NCBI GenBank assembly: GCA_051651765.1
Contig: JBOFSX010000214.1
Coordinates: 1,874-65,873, forward strand
DNA length: 64,000 bases
Direction of reading: 5' to 3'
DNA from: Anaeroplasmataceae bacterium
GTDB lineage: Bacteria; Bacillota_I; Bacilli_A; Acholeplasmatales; Anaeroplasmataceae
Shown: in pieces, positions 26,455 through 36,031 of the stretch
Position numbering within the stretch: position 1 is the stretch's first letter
Layout of the letters: each line of letters begins with the position of its first letter
The notes under the pieces: generated by a model
What the model saw: the letters and a program-made list of their open reading frames with translations, nothing else
The model's database searches: none
What the model was told of the DNA's origin: nothing
Position numbers and translations under genes: made by a program

Positions 26455-27327
26455 ATGAATGTAGAAAAATTAAAAGAAGTGTATAAATATATTAATTTTT
26501 ATAATAATACTAAAACTAAATCATTAAAGTCAAGATTCTTTATTAATACCGAAACAGATATAAAGTTTGGGATTGCAGAAACAGATGATGAAGTTGTAAT
26601 ATCATTTTATACTTCTAAAAATTCTTTTAAATTCATAAAAGGATATTCAGAGTATCGAAAGAAACATGAAACAGAGGGTTTATCAGAACCTGAAAAGAGT
26701 GCAAAAGTTTTCTCTGAATATACTCTCAACGTATGCGGAGTTGATAAAACAATAGAATACTATCGAAATATAAAATTGAACAATCCTTTAAGGAATGTTA
26801 GATTGAGTAATAAGGTAATAGGTTGTGAGACCAATGATATGAATATTTATTCTGAGTTCTTTTTAGATAAATCAAAATATTATATTCATTCTGGTTTCAT
26901 AGCTCTATTTAATTCTATATCTAATTTCTTCTATGAAACTGTAAATAAGTATTTGAAATACAGTAATAAGAAGATAGTTATTATAGGCTTTTCATTTTCT
27001 AGTGTTATAGCTAGATTGGCATATTTGTCTTATGTCTTAGCTCATCCAGATAAGTTGGATCGAGTTAAGTGTTTCTTATTTTCTACTCCTAATATGGGTA
27101 ACAGTTACTTTGAGAAGTTTTATACTAAACTTCATAATAAAGAAAAAAATAGACGCCTATATATTATAAACTGTAACGACGATTGCATTTATAATTTATT
27201 GAGTAAAAGATTTGGATTCTTTAATACAAAGAGTACACTATTGATTAAAACAAATAATGAAGAAAAGCGTATCTATAACTCCATAGAATATGCAACGATC
27301 ATAAAAAATATAATACAAAATAAGTAA
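26455..27327 (+). CDS. divergent lipase-like paralog with GxSxS elbow
   Basis: IVIIGFSFSSVIA sits at the equivalent position and ISFYTS matches the IAFRGS position. Terminator downstream. Confidence 0.55.
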   Translation: MNVEKLKEVYKYINFYNNTKTKSLKSRFFINTETDIKFGIAETDDEVVISFYTSKNSFKFIKGYSEYRKKHETEGLSEPEKSAKVFSEYTLNVCGVDKTIEYYRNIKLNNPLRNVRLSNKVIGCETNDMNIYSEFFLDKSKYYIHSGFIALFNSISNFFYETVNKYLKYSNKKIVIIGFSFSSVIARLAYLSYVLAHPDKLDRVKCFLFSTPNMGNSYFEKFYTKLHNKEKNRRLYIINCNDDCIYNLLSKRFGFFNTKSTLLIKTNNEEKRIYNSIEYATIIKNIIQNK

Positions 27328-27355
27328 AAGTGGTATAAGCCACTTTTATTTATTA
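27327..27355 (+). terminator. rho-independent terminator
   Basis: AAAGTGG / CCACTTT stem followed by a T-rich tract. Confidence 0.6.
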
Positions 27356-27370
27356 TTTTATATTATTTTG

Positions 27371-27384
27371 AACGTTTTTATATA
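27371..27384 (+). promoter_or_regulatory. late-type promoter-like motif AACGTTTTTATATA
   Basis: After terminator 27327-27355. Nearly identical context to 29661 (TTGAAC.T.TTTATATAAA). Confidence 0.45.
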
Positions 27385-27411
27385 AAAATTATACATTTAA
27401 GGAGAAATATT

Positions 27412-27753
27412 ATGTATACTAGTGAAACTTATTTAACATGCAAACGTAGTAAAACTATGATTTGGAAAATGGAAGATGTTGAAAGATTCTTTGAATTAAC
27501 AGAAGATTCTGTTAAGACAGACAACTTTGATGTGAAGAAAACAAATGAGAACTTTAAGAAGTTTCAATTGTTTGTAGTTAAACCTAGATCTAGATTTAAC
27601 ACTACAGGTGAAGCTAAATTGGGTAAACGAGAAGACTTAGTTTACTTTGAAATTAATGGGATTGATAATTTTTCAAGTCCTAATTTTGTTTCTTATGTAT
27701 TCTGTGGTTATGCTATCGGAAACTCAAAGACGATCAAAACATTAATTAAATAG
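27412..27753 (+). CDS. hypothetical protein (113 aa)
   Basis: AAGGAG RBS, with an AACG-N6-TATA motif at 27371. Confidence 0.75.
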   Translation: MYTSETYLTCKRSKTMIWKMEDVERFFELTEDSVKTDNFDVKKTNENFKKFQLFVVKPRSRFNTTGEAKLGKREDLVYFEINGIDNFSSPNFVSYVFCGYAIGNSKTIKTLIK

Positions 27754-27803
27754 TAGTTTAAAAAACAGGAGGCCCTAAAACGAAAGCTTTAGAATTTACT
27801 TCA

Positions 27804-29285
27804 ATGTATTCGAAGAAATTTGATAATTTCAATGATGATATAATTTTAAATATCCGAAAAAACGATGACATGGTACAATACATAGACGAAACTTGGCAAG
27901 AGATACAAAGGCATATACCTAAGAATATGAAATATTTGGGATATCACTTTGATGATGCTGGTAGAAGATTTCGAGAATTAAATTCAGGTAAGGACAAATC
28001 TGGATCAAATCGAAAGACAATGTCTATTTATGATACCGCCGCAAGATTATGTGTATTTGAATTTGAGTTGACTAATATGAATCAACAGACTGGTCAAATG
28101 GAAACTTGTTATATTGAATGTCCTATTTATATACCGATATACGTGGACAATTATCACTTCTATATAAGAGGTAATAAATATTCAATTCCATATCAAGTTA
28201 TAGATGCTATCACATATACCAATAGGGAAAATATGATAGTGTTAAAAACAAAGACTAGAGCTATAAAAATGTCTAGGGAGAAAAAGCCTAATGGAGCAAC
28301 TGATGCGTTTGGAAATAAGTATGTGGCTAATGTTTACTATTTATTTATGACGTCAAAGAAAGTTCCATTTATATTGTATTACTTTGCATATTTTGGCTTT
28401 TATAATACCTTTAGATATTTTGGAGCTGAGAAGTATTGTAAATTCATAGAGGCTTTACCTCAAGTACCAGATGAGAAATATGTGTATTTCAAATTCGGTC
28501 TTATATACATAATGATTGAAAAAGAAGCATTTGACAAATTCTATAACTTAAGAAATTTTATATTTACAGTATTAGAATGTCAAAAGAGAAATTTGGACCA
28601 AGATAGCATAAATGATGTAATGAGATGGAAAACCATATTAGGTTCATCTATATCAGAAAATAATGCTTTAGAAAAAGGTAAAGGATTAGTTAGAACGTTC
28701 ATGATATCTTTAGATAATCGTACTGTAAGCAATATTGCTAAATTAGTAGGTGGTTCTCCAAAAGAAAACATGTGGTCTGTCGCAAGATGGATGTTTCTAA
28801 AATTCTCTACATTATCTTCTAAATCAAATAACTTGCTTAATAAAAGGATTAGAATATCAGAATGGATTATTGATCCATTTCTAAAAGAGACATATAAGAA
28901 ATTATACAGGTATTTATCTACGAATGAAAAATCAAGAGATATTAATCGTTTAATAGATATTACCAAATGTCCTGAGTCTTTAATCCTAGGAGCTATTTGT
29001 GGAAAAAATCGAGCTAGTTTAACATTGAACATAGCCAAGTATTCTGATGGTGTAAATGACAATGTACTTGTCAAAGATGCTTTAAGATATACAACTAATG
29101 GACCTGGAACTCCAGGGTCGTCTGGTGGTGCTTTAACATCAACACAATTTAGAATATTCGATCCATCATATGTTGGTCGGATAGATATTTATCAATCATC
29201 AAACTCCTCTCCCGGAACTGGTGGTCATATTTTACCTACAGCCAAAATACGAATGGATACTTTAACATTTGATAAAGAAATCTAA
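27804..29285 (+). CDS. multisubunit RNA polymerase beta-like subunit, N-terminal fragment (jumbo-phage split RNAP)
   Basis: The C-terminal GPGTPGSSGGALTSTQFRIFDPSYVGRIDIYQSSNSSPGTGGHIL aligns by eye to bacterial beta GPGGL..[24 protein letters not shown]. The ORF ends shortly after, as in phiKZ/AR9-type split beta subunits. Confidence 0.7.
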   Translation: MYSKKFDNFNDDIILNIRKNDDMVQYIDETWQEIQRHIPKNMKYLGYHFDDAGRRFRELNSGKDKSGSNRKTMSIYDTAARLCVFEFELTNMNQQTGQMETCYIECPIYIPIYVDNYHFYIRGNKYSIPYQVIDAITYTNRENMIVLKTKTRAIKMSREKKPNGATDAFGNKYVANVYYLFMTSKKVPFILYYFAYFGFYNTFRYFGAEKYCKFIEALPQVPDEKYVYFKFGLIYIMIEKEAFDKFYNLRNFIFTVLECQKRNLDQDSINDVMRWKTILGSSISENNALEKGKGLVRTFMISLDNRTVSNIAKLVGGSPKENMWSVARWMFLKFSTLSSKSNNLLNKRIRISEWIIDPFLKETYKKLYRYLSTNEKSRDINRLIDITKCPESLILGAICGKNRASLTLNIAKYSDGVNDNVLVKDALRYTTNGPGTPGSSGGALTSTQFRIFDPSYVGRIDIYQSSNSSPGTGGHILPTAKIRMDTLTFDKEI

Positions 29286-29299
29286 ACAAGGAGAATATT

Positions 29300-29611
29300 A
29301 TGCAAGATCAAAACTTGGAAAATGTCGAAGATGAAGTAGTTGAAGAAGAGGAAACTCAAACTGATGATGAAATCTTGGATGATCTAGACAAAGAACTCGC
29401 AACCAATGAAGAAGATGATGAAGACGACGATGAAGATGACTATGACAACGGTATGAACTGGGATGATGAAGATGAAGTTTGGGGCGATGACGATGAGTAT
29501 GAAGATGATGATGAAGAAATTGTAGATGAAGAGAATGATGAAGACGATGAATTCATTGACAACGAATGGGAAGAAACTGAAGGTTTAGATAGCGAAGAAG
29601 AAGATGAATAA
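29300..29611 (+). CDS. hyper-acidic small protein (103 aa)
   Basis: AAGGAG RBS. 62 of 103 residues are D/E by my count, with one K and no R or H. Terminator downstream. Confidence 0.75.
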   Translation: MQDQNLENVEDEVVEEEETQTDDEILDDLDKELATNEEDDEDDDEDDYDNGMNWDDEDEVWGDDDEYEDDDEEIVDEENDEDDEFIDNEWEETEGLDSEEEDE

Positions 29612-29616
29612 TTGAA

Positions 29617-29651
29617 ATTAATAGGGTGTAACAGCCCTATTAATTTTTTTT
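29617..29651 (+). terminator. rho-independent terminator
   Basis: ATTAATAGGG / CCCTATTAAT stem followed by T7. Confidence 0.8.
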
Positions 29652-29660
29652 ATTAGATTG

Positions 29661-29674
29661 AACTTATTTATATA
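29661..29674 (+). promoter_or_regulatory. late-type promoter-like motif AACTTATTTATATA
   Basis: After terminator 29617-29651 and upstream of ATG 29692. Confidence 0.45.
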
Positions 29675-29691
29675 AATAATAGGAGAAAACT

Positions 29692-30423
29692 ATGAGTACT
29701 AAAAATAATCCAGATGTTAATGACAATCCTCTAAATAGAGAATATTTTGATGATGTGTTAGATATTTTTTATGATAATATTAATAAGACTGAAGAATTAT
29801 ACGCCGAAGCTTATACAACCTATAAGCATAACCAACCTAATGGTTTTACAATGGGTTCATCAAGAACTACAGTAGATCTGATAAAAACTTTATCAGACAT
29901 TAGATCTAATGCTGTATCTGGTGCGTCAGCACTTTTATCTGCAAAGAAGACTGTAGCTGATTTGGAAATTAAGAAGAAAGCACAATCTGTTGAAGAAGAG
30001 AAAGTTGATAATGATAAAGAATACATTAGAACTATGCTATCAGAGATACATAGATCTGCTGATAATACAAAAGCTATTAAATTGTCTACAGCTAATGGTA
30101 GAGATCTTATGTCTGAAAATAACAGAATAAAATCTCAAAATATATTAGATAAGACAATAGCAGATAAAATGAAGAGTGGTGAATTATCATTAACAAAAAA
30201 TGAAAAAGCTATGAAGTTAGATTTTAATGATATGGCTGAAGTAGTATATGATTTAGATACAGAAGAATTAAAAGCTGTAAAGAAAGGAACTAGTGAACCT
30301 TTAGATGACTACCCTGTTGAAAGAGGACAAATTGGTAATATTTCAAAAGTTGATACTGTTGAAGGATTAGCATTTGATTCTACAGGTAGAAAAGTTAGAG
30401 CAACTAGAGTTAGGAGTCTATAA
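29692..30423 (+). CDS. hypothetical protein (243 aa), possible virion block
   Basis: AGGAG RBS, with an AACT-N6-TATA motif at 29661. Confidence 0.8.
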   Translation: MSTKNNPDVNDNPLNREYFDDVLDIFYDNINKTEELYAEAYTTYKHNQPNGFTMGSSRTTVDLIKTLSDIRSNAVSGASALLSAKKTVADLEIKKKAQSVEEEKVDNDKEYIRTMLSEIHRSADNTKAIKLSTANGRDLMSENNRIKSQNILDKTIADKMKSGELSLTKNEKAMKLDFNDMAEVVYDLDTEELKAVKKGTSEPLDDYPVERGQIGNISKVDTVEGLAFDSTGRKVRATRVRSL

Positions 30424-32561
30424 TGGCTGATAAGCGTTATTATGAACACTCTCCTCAAAAACGTGCGGAGATGTTAAAAGATTGTCATATTACACCAGAA
30501 GATGTAGAAGCATTTGAAAGTGAAGAATACGATATACATAGTGAGAGTGTAGAGAGATTATTAGTATATATAAGAAATTATGATGAGAATGGAAACTTAA
30601 TAGATTCTCCTAATAATGCTGTTAAAACTTGTATAGATACATTTGAATCTACATTGCTAAAAGAAACTTGGTATAGTCGCGAATTATTTATTAATGAAGA
30701 TGGTAGTAGTTATTATGATAAGCAATTTAATGAAGAGATAAGCGAAGCTTCTAATGCAGCATTATTAGCAGATCCTGAAATATTGAAAGTAGAACCTTTA
30801 ATAGTTAAACCTACATTGTTTCTAAATCAATTCATTCGTTCTTATTTTGATAACTATAAAATAAATAAAAGAGATGGTGGTAAGACATTGTATATTGAAA
30901 TACATGAAGCTACTGATTCTTTTCTTCATTATGATTTTAATGATACAGATATAGCATATTATAAAAGAAAGAATTTTGATATAATAGGTTTGAATCTTAG
31001 TGGTAAAACATTCTCAATAGATAATAACTCTTTAATAGAATTGAATACATTTTCTTTAGAGAATGCTACATTGAAATTAAATAGTGAAACTGGTTTAGCT
31101 GCTAAGTGTGATTCTTTTTATATGAGCTCAGTTAAAATAGATTCTAAGTTTAAAAAGGTTATAGCAACTATATCTTTAACTGTTAAAGAGACTGTTAAGA
31201 TTTCTTATATTACTTTTGAAAATGATATATGTAAATTCGATATTCTCTCCTCAGTATCACAGGATATGCAGAAATGGATATCGACCAATGTGGATATTTA
31301 TGGTGTAGACTTTAATGCTCCAAATGAATATTCTGATAAGCTAGATTCTTTATTTAGATTTGACGGTGTTCATGAAGTTAAGATAACTAGTTTAAATATT
31401 ACTCTTGCTAAGTTTAGTATGCCGCTTTGTAGATTTAGAAGTATAGCTAATGTTATACTTAATTCTATTAATCTAATATGTGATGAAATAACTAATAACG
31501 TTTTATCATTTACAGGTGTTACGAATATAACAGCTTGTTCAATACAAGGTGTACAAAGCAAAGAAGGATCTGGTAAAGTATATTTGATATCAACTAATAA
31601 TGGAATGCTTTTAGGTGAATACAAATTCATATCAGCAGTGTCTAAACACATAGGATTGTATAAAAGCTCATCTGACAACTCAGATATAGTAAATTTCCAT
31701 AATTGTAAATCTGAGGCATTTGGAAAGCCTATAGGGTACATGTCCTCTAGCATAAATAAGATGGTTTTCACTAAGTGCTACTTCGATAAATTGGCTGATT
31801 TTAGTCTCAATATGCCCAAAATATCTATGTTTGGATGCAAATTTACACACATAGAAAATGTAAATTTAACAATTTCAAAAAAGATGTATTTTTCTGATTC
31901 TTCTATATCTGGAAATACGTGTAGTATACAATCTCTCCAAGAAGGTGAAATACTACTAGATACTATGAAGATTGTATTTGATAGTTTTACTATACAAGGT
32001 GATTCTGGGACAGGCTCTTATAAGCAAAAGAATGTTACAATAAAAGCTGATGAAGTAAAATTTGATTCATTGAGTAAACTTGGATCTGAAGAATCTTATT
32101 TTGAAACGAAAGAATTATATCTATCTGGTAAGAAGATAAGTTCTTTCAATCCTAACTTTGATAATACAGTTTTAGATAAAGTAACTGTAAAGGGTAATAT
32201 AATTAATTCATTATTCTTATTTAAGAATAAGTCTAAGAAAGCTGTTGAGTTTAATGTTACAAATTGTATGGGTAATATTAACATTCATTATTTTGAAGAA
32301 GTTGGAAATATAGATTTAAATGTAGAATCTTCAAGAGTTAAGTTTGATGTGTATACGTCTAAGACAGATGATGTAGATGCGTTAATAAATCTTATATGTA
32401 AAGAAGATTGTACAGGATCTGTGCTAACTTCTCATAATGAGAATATGAAATTCGTACCGGTATCAGAAGGATCGTTCAAAGATCTTAAACGATATAAAGA
32501 CGGTGATATATTAACTAATAAAGAGTGGACTAATCAAATAGCCTACGGACACAAAAAATAA
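30423..32561 (+). CDS. hypothetical protein (712 aa), possible virion protein
   Basis: TAATG coupling to the upstream gene and AGGAG RBS. Confidence 0.85.
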   Translation: MADKRYYEHSPQKRAEMLKDCHITPEDVEAFESEEYDIHSESVERLLVYIRNYDENGNLIDSPNNAVKTCIDTFESTLLKETWYSRELFINEDGSSYYDKQFNEEISEASNAALLADPEILKVEPLIVKPTLFLNQFIRSYFDNYKINKRDGGKTLYIEIHEATDSFLHYDFNDTDIAYYKRKNFDIIGLNLSGKTFSIDNNSLIELNTFSLENATLKLNSETGLAAKCDSFYMSSVKIDSKFKKVIATISLTVKETVKISYITFENDICKFDILSSVSQDMQKWISTNVDIYGVDFNAPNEYSDKLDSLFRFDGVHEVKITSLNITLAKFSMPLCRFRSIANVILNSINLICDEITNNVLSFTGVTNITACSIQGVQSKEGSGKVYLISTNNGMLLGEYKFISAVSKHIGLYKSSSDNSDIVNFHNCKSEAFGKPIGYMSSSINKMVFTKCYFDKLADFSLNMPKISMFGCKFTHIENVNLTISKKMYFSDSSISGNTCSIQSLQEGEILLDTMKIVFDSFTIQGDSGTGSYKQKNVTIKADEVKFDSLSKLGSEESYFETKELYLSGKKISSFNPNFDNTVLDKVTVKGNIINSLFLFKNKSKKAVEFNVTNCMGNINIHYFEEVGNIDLNVESSRVKFDVYTSKTDDVDALINLICKEDCTGSVLTSHNENMKFVPVSEGSFKDLKRYKDGDILTNKEWTNQIAYGHKK

Positions 32562-32589
32562 TAATATGGGGAATAATCCCCATATTATT
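32560..32589. terminator. bidirectional terminator
   Basis: AATAATATGGGG / CCCCATATTATT stem between convergent genes. Confidence 0.75.
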
Positions 32590-33909
32590 TTAATCCATTT
32601 TTGATAATACTAATCCTTCAATTGTCGTTCCCATTATACTATCATCTTGTTTTGTTTTAGTATAAATTATTGAACACATCACAATTGAGTATAATCCATT
32701 ATATTCATTAGCTCTTATATCATCATCTTTTATTGTTAGTTTTATAATAGTATTAGGTTTGAAATCTTCTTCCGACATTCCATGTAATTTACTAATAGTT
32801 ATTAAAGTTCCTAAGTTAGCTGATTTTATAAATGCTGACATATTATAAGGATTGTTTAATTCATCATAATCTACAACTTGTTTCATTCCACTCATAGCAT
32901 GAGATACTATATCAGAATCCAACGTGACAGTTGGACTTGAAATTGAATCAACTTCACCATCTTTCATATTCACCATATTAGTTGATAATGTAATATTGCT
33001 AAATGTAAGTTTATCACCTATTATCTCGCTAAGACTAACATCATCATTTAATGGTGTGATAGTAGCATTGAATATATAACCAGTGGTCATCATATCACTT
33101 TTAGAAGAAGCGGTCAGCATAGTTGCATTACCAGAGTTCTTAGATGGGTTAGCTATATAAGCATTAAAATGTACTATATTGTTTTTATCAGCTGTTGTAT
33201 CATGAGATGTAGCATATTTATTTAGTACGTATAAAACTGGTGGATCATAAAATATCCTAATGCCATTTCTATACACACCATATCTAGTTTGCATTTCAAA
33301 TAATGCGCCCTTTATCGATCTAGGTGGTATAACTAAATCTTTATATACATTTTCATTATCTGGCTTATCAATTATATAACCTTCGAAATTACATTTTTCA
33401 ATCAAGAACTTTATCATTGTTCCTACATCACATTCATCACCTATAAAGTTTAACAGTTTCTTATTACCATTTAAACCTGTCATAGGATATAAAGCCATTT
33501 TCAAATTTCTACCAGTGAATGCTGTTTTAACAGTAGGCTCAAGTAATGGACTGATATCTAAATCAGATCCCATAAATGGACTAAATGAATTTGGTGCAAA
33601 AAATGCTGCAAAAGTATATTCTGATAAAATGATTCTACTTCTAGTATTATTAGAAGTATCTGCTTGATCTGATGGTTTACTTTCCATAGTAATTGTCATA
33701 GTTACAAATAATAAATCTTGGTTAGATCTAATCTTAGTCATGTGTTTAGCATCTACTATACATTCACATTCATACACAGGCATAAAATTAGAATTAAAGA
33801 ATGAATGCTTGACAACTTTATTTACAATTGGTATATCTATTACTTCATAATTAGGTATTATCATTTTCATTTGAATATCATAATACACTACAGATTGTGT
33901 ATATTTCAT
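32590..33909 (-). CDS. hypothetical protein (439 aa)
   Basis: GGAGG RBS 8 nt upstream. Shares a bidirectional terminator with 30423..32561. Confidence 0.85.
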   Translation of the reverse strand: MKYTQSVVYYDIQMKMIIPNYEVIDIPIVNKVVKHSFFNSNFMPVYECECIVDAKHMTKIRSNQDLLFVTMTITMESKPSDQADTSNNTRSRIILSEYTFAAFFAPNSFSPFMGSDLDISPLLEPTVKTAFTGRNLKMALYPMTGLNGNKKLLNFIGDECDVGTMIKFLIEKCNFEGYIIDKPDNENVYKDLVIPPRSIKGALFEMQTRYGVYRNGIRIFYDPPVLYVLNKYATSHDTTADKNNIVHFNAYIANPSKNSGNATMLTASSKSDMMTTGYIFNATITPLNDDVSLSEIIGDKLTFSNITLSTNMVNMKDGEVDSISSPTVTLDSDIVSHAMSGMKQVVDYDELNNPYNMSAFIKSANLGTLITISKLHGMSEEDFKPNTIIKLTIKDDDIRANEYNGLYSIVMCSIIYTKTKQDDSIMGTTIEGLVLSKMD

Positions 33910-33920
33910 AATTTAAACCT

Positions 33921-33959
33921 CCAAAAAATAAAGAAAGGAATAATATTATTCCTTTCTTT
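33921..33959 (-). terminator. rho-independent terminator
   Basis: Perfect 30-nt palindrome AAAGAAAGGAATAAT|ATTATTCCTTTCTTT followed by T6 on the minus strand. Confidence 0.75.
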
Positions 33960-34997
33960 TTATAGTCCTTTATCTTCTCGTAACCACATTATATGAATAT
34001 TATTCTTATTCATAATTTCATTATATTCGTTTATATTATCCATTTTCTTATCATGCAATTTTTGTGATATAGATTTTACAAAATCTGCTATGAACGGTTT
34101 TACTTTAACATTATTTGAATAAAGTATTTCATTTAATGCTCGTCCGCATTTCTTTATATCCTCAGTCATTATATCAAGATTCTTTCCATATGATATATAG
34201 AACTCCTCATTAGGATTTCTAAAATTATCAATGTAATCAAATATAGTATTAATACGACTTGTGAACTTAGAGTGTGATACAAACATTATTTGATATTTCT
34301 CAATATTCAATTTATGAAAGTAAATCATATATGGCAATAATAAATGCTTCAATTCATACTGATATTTCACATTATGAAATCTTGGATCTTTATCTAATAT
34401 ATTCTCCCACATCTCAGGGAGGCTTCTTACTTTAGTATCGCAATTATTAGATACAAAGTAAATATTATCAGTTATATTTGCAAATTGATATTCGATAGGA
34501 TTATTTCCATATACTAGAGTAACCATATCTTTTTGTGATCTTTTACTTATTCTACTATTAGTTTCGATTATATAACACACTGTGTGGATATAAAAGTATC
34601 GGCTAACTTTTCCCTTCATTTTTGGTATCACTATTATACTGGGTATAAATCTACAGATATTATAAATATCTTGTATTATTTCTTCATACTCATCATAATG
34701 TCTAGGGTCTTCACAATATAGTATAAATGAATTACTTCCTTTCAATGTATCATGAAAGTAATGTCTATAATGCGCAATTATATTTAATGTAGATATTATA
34801 ACTTGAGTCTTAATCTTATTAGTTATCATAATATCTTTCTTAGCTATTATTTTTAAAATCATATTAATAATCTTTCCAATATCGATTACCATTAGGTATC
34901 GTTTTCTCTTAATAGCATTAGGAGAATGTTGGAAAGATGCGTTTAATGTACTATATTTAATTTTATATAAATTACTTAAAATCGAAACTGAAACCAT
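33960..34997 (-). CDS. hypothetical protein (345 aa)
   Basis: ATG 34997 (MVSVSIL) has a GAGGAGG RBS, while the track start at 35039 lacks one. AACA-N6-TATA motif at 35041-35054. Confidence 0.75.
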   Translation of the reverse strand: MVSVSILSNLYKIKYSTLNASFQHSPNAIKRKRYLMVIDIGKIINMILKIIAKKDIMITNKIKTQVIISTLNIIAHYRHYFHDTLKGSNSFILYCEDPRHYDEYEEIIQDIYNICRFIPSIIVIPKMKGKVSRYFYIHTVCYIIETNSRISKRSQKDMVTLVYGNNPIEYQFANITDNIYFVSNNCDTKVRSLPEMWENILDKDPRFHNVKYQYELKHLLLPYMIYFHKLNIEKYQIMFVSHSKFTSRINTIFDYIDNFRNPNEEFYISYGKNLDIMTEDIKKCGRALNEILYSNNVKVKPFIADFVKSISQKLHDKKMDNINEYNEIMNKNNIHIMWLREDKGL

Positions 34998-35040
34998 ATG
35001 TTCGATCCTCCTCTGATGATTGATAAATGGTATAAACAAA

Positions 35041-35054
35041 TGTTTGAAGATGTA
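35041..35054 (-). promoter_or_regulatory. late-type promoter-like motif AACATTTGTTTATA
   Basis: Upstream of ATG 34997. Confidence 0.4.
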
Positions 35055-35142
35055 TCATACTCTAATAATAATATCTATTTAAAAAAATATTTAAGTCCTG
35101 TGATACTGGTGAGAAAAAGTCATATTTTTTAATATTCCACAG

Positions 35143-35156
35143 TACATTATCTTATA
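35143..35156 (+). promoter_or_regulatory. late-type variant TACATTATCTTATA
   Basis: Upstream of ATG 35178. Confidence 0.3.
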
Positions 35157-35177
35157 TTTTTTATAACGGAGACTAAA

Positions 35178-36020
35178 ATGTCAAAACACTTATCTATTGA
35201 AGATATTATAAGACCATCTATGGGATCGGCTATATCTATCAAACCATTGTTAGATTCATATATTATTAGATATAATCAATTCTCAGCCAAAGATATTAAA
35301 ATGTATTATATACCAAATGGAAACTCTTATGTTGTGCACGTATTAGTTCCATCAGAGAAAAATGACGAATTTGAAAAAAGTGTTTATTATGATGTAGTAA
35401 TAGAGTTCTATCCTGTTACTAAAGAGAATGCTAATGAATTAACACTTAAGAATTATGGAGTTAGACTATTTTCTAATTCAATTAACTGGATGTTTAACTT
35501 CACATATGTATTTGCTAAAAATGGACACATACCACATTTTATACCTAAATCTTATTACTCAGCACAAGCTCTAAAAGAACCACCTAAAAAGACAAATCCA
35601 TATGGCATTTATGGTGTTGAGCGTGTAGTATTTATAGCTTTTTATCATTTAGAGATAATAACAGGATTTAGAAAGAATAGAGTTGATTTAGTTAAATTAG
35701 ATAGAATGGATGTAGTTAAAATGTCTAAGACATTAATGGGACAAGATGAAAAATTAGCTCAATTAAATTTAGAAGAAAAGAAATTAAAGATAACTAAAAA
35801 AGCTGCTAAGTTAAAAATTAAACAAGAAGGTAAAATAAATATTATTAATAAGAAAGAACGAGCTTTAGGACAAAAGCTTAAAACTGTAGATAAGGAATTA
35901 GGAGCTGATATGAAAAGAAGTTTTGAGAGCAATATTAAGGACAAGAATATGAGAAAAAACATGGTCGCAGCTGGCGGTCTAAAAGCAAACTTAAAGAGTA
36001 ATTTAAGTAAAAAGAAATAA
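35178..36020 (+). CDS. hypothetical protein with lysine-rich C-terminal tail (280 aa)
   Basis: CGGAG RBS. The last ~90 aa are K-rich (KKLKITKKAAKLKIKQEGK...SNLSKKK). Confidence 0.8.
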   Translation: MSKHLSIEDIIRPSMGSAISIKPLLDSYIIRYNQFSAKDIKMYYIPNGNSYVVHVLVPSEKNDEFEKSVYYDVVIEFYPVTKENANELTLKNYGVRLFSNSINWMFNFTYVFAKNGHIPHFIPKSYYSAQALKEPPKKTNPYGIYGVERVVFIAFYHLEIITGFRKNRVDLVKLDRMDVVKMSKTLMGQDEKLAQLNLEEKKLKITKKAAKLKIKQEGKINIINKKERALGQKLKTVDKELGADMKRSFESNIKDKNMRKNMVAAGGLKANLKSNLSKKK

Positions 36021-36031
36021 GGGAGAGTATA

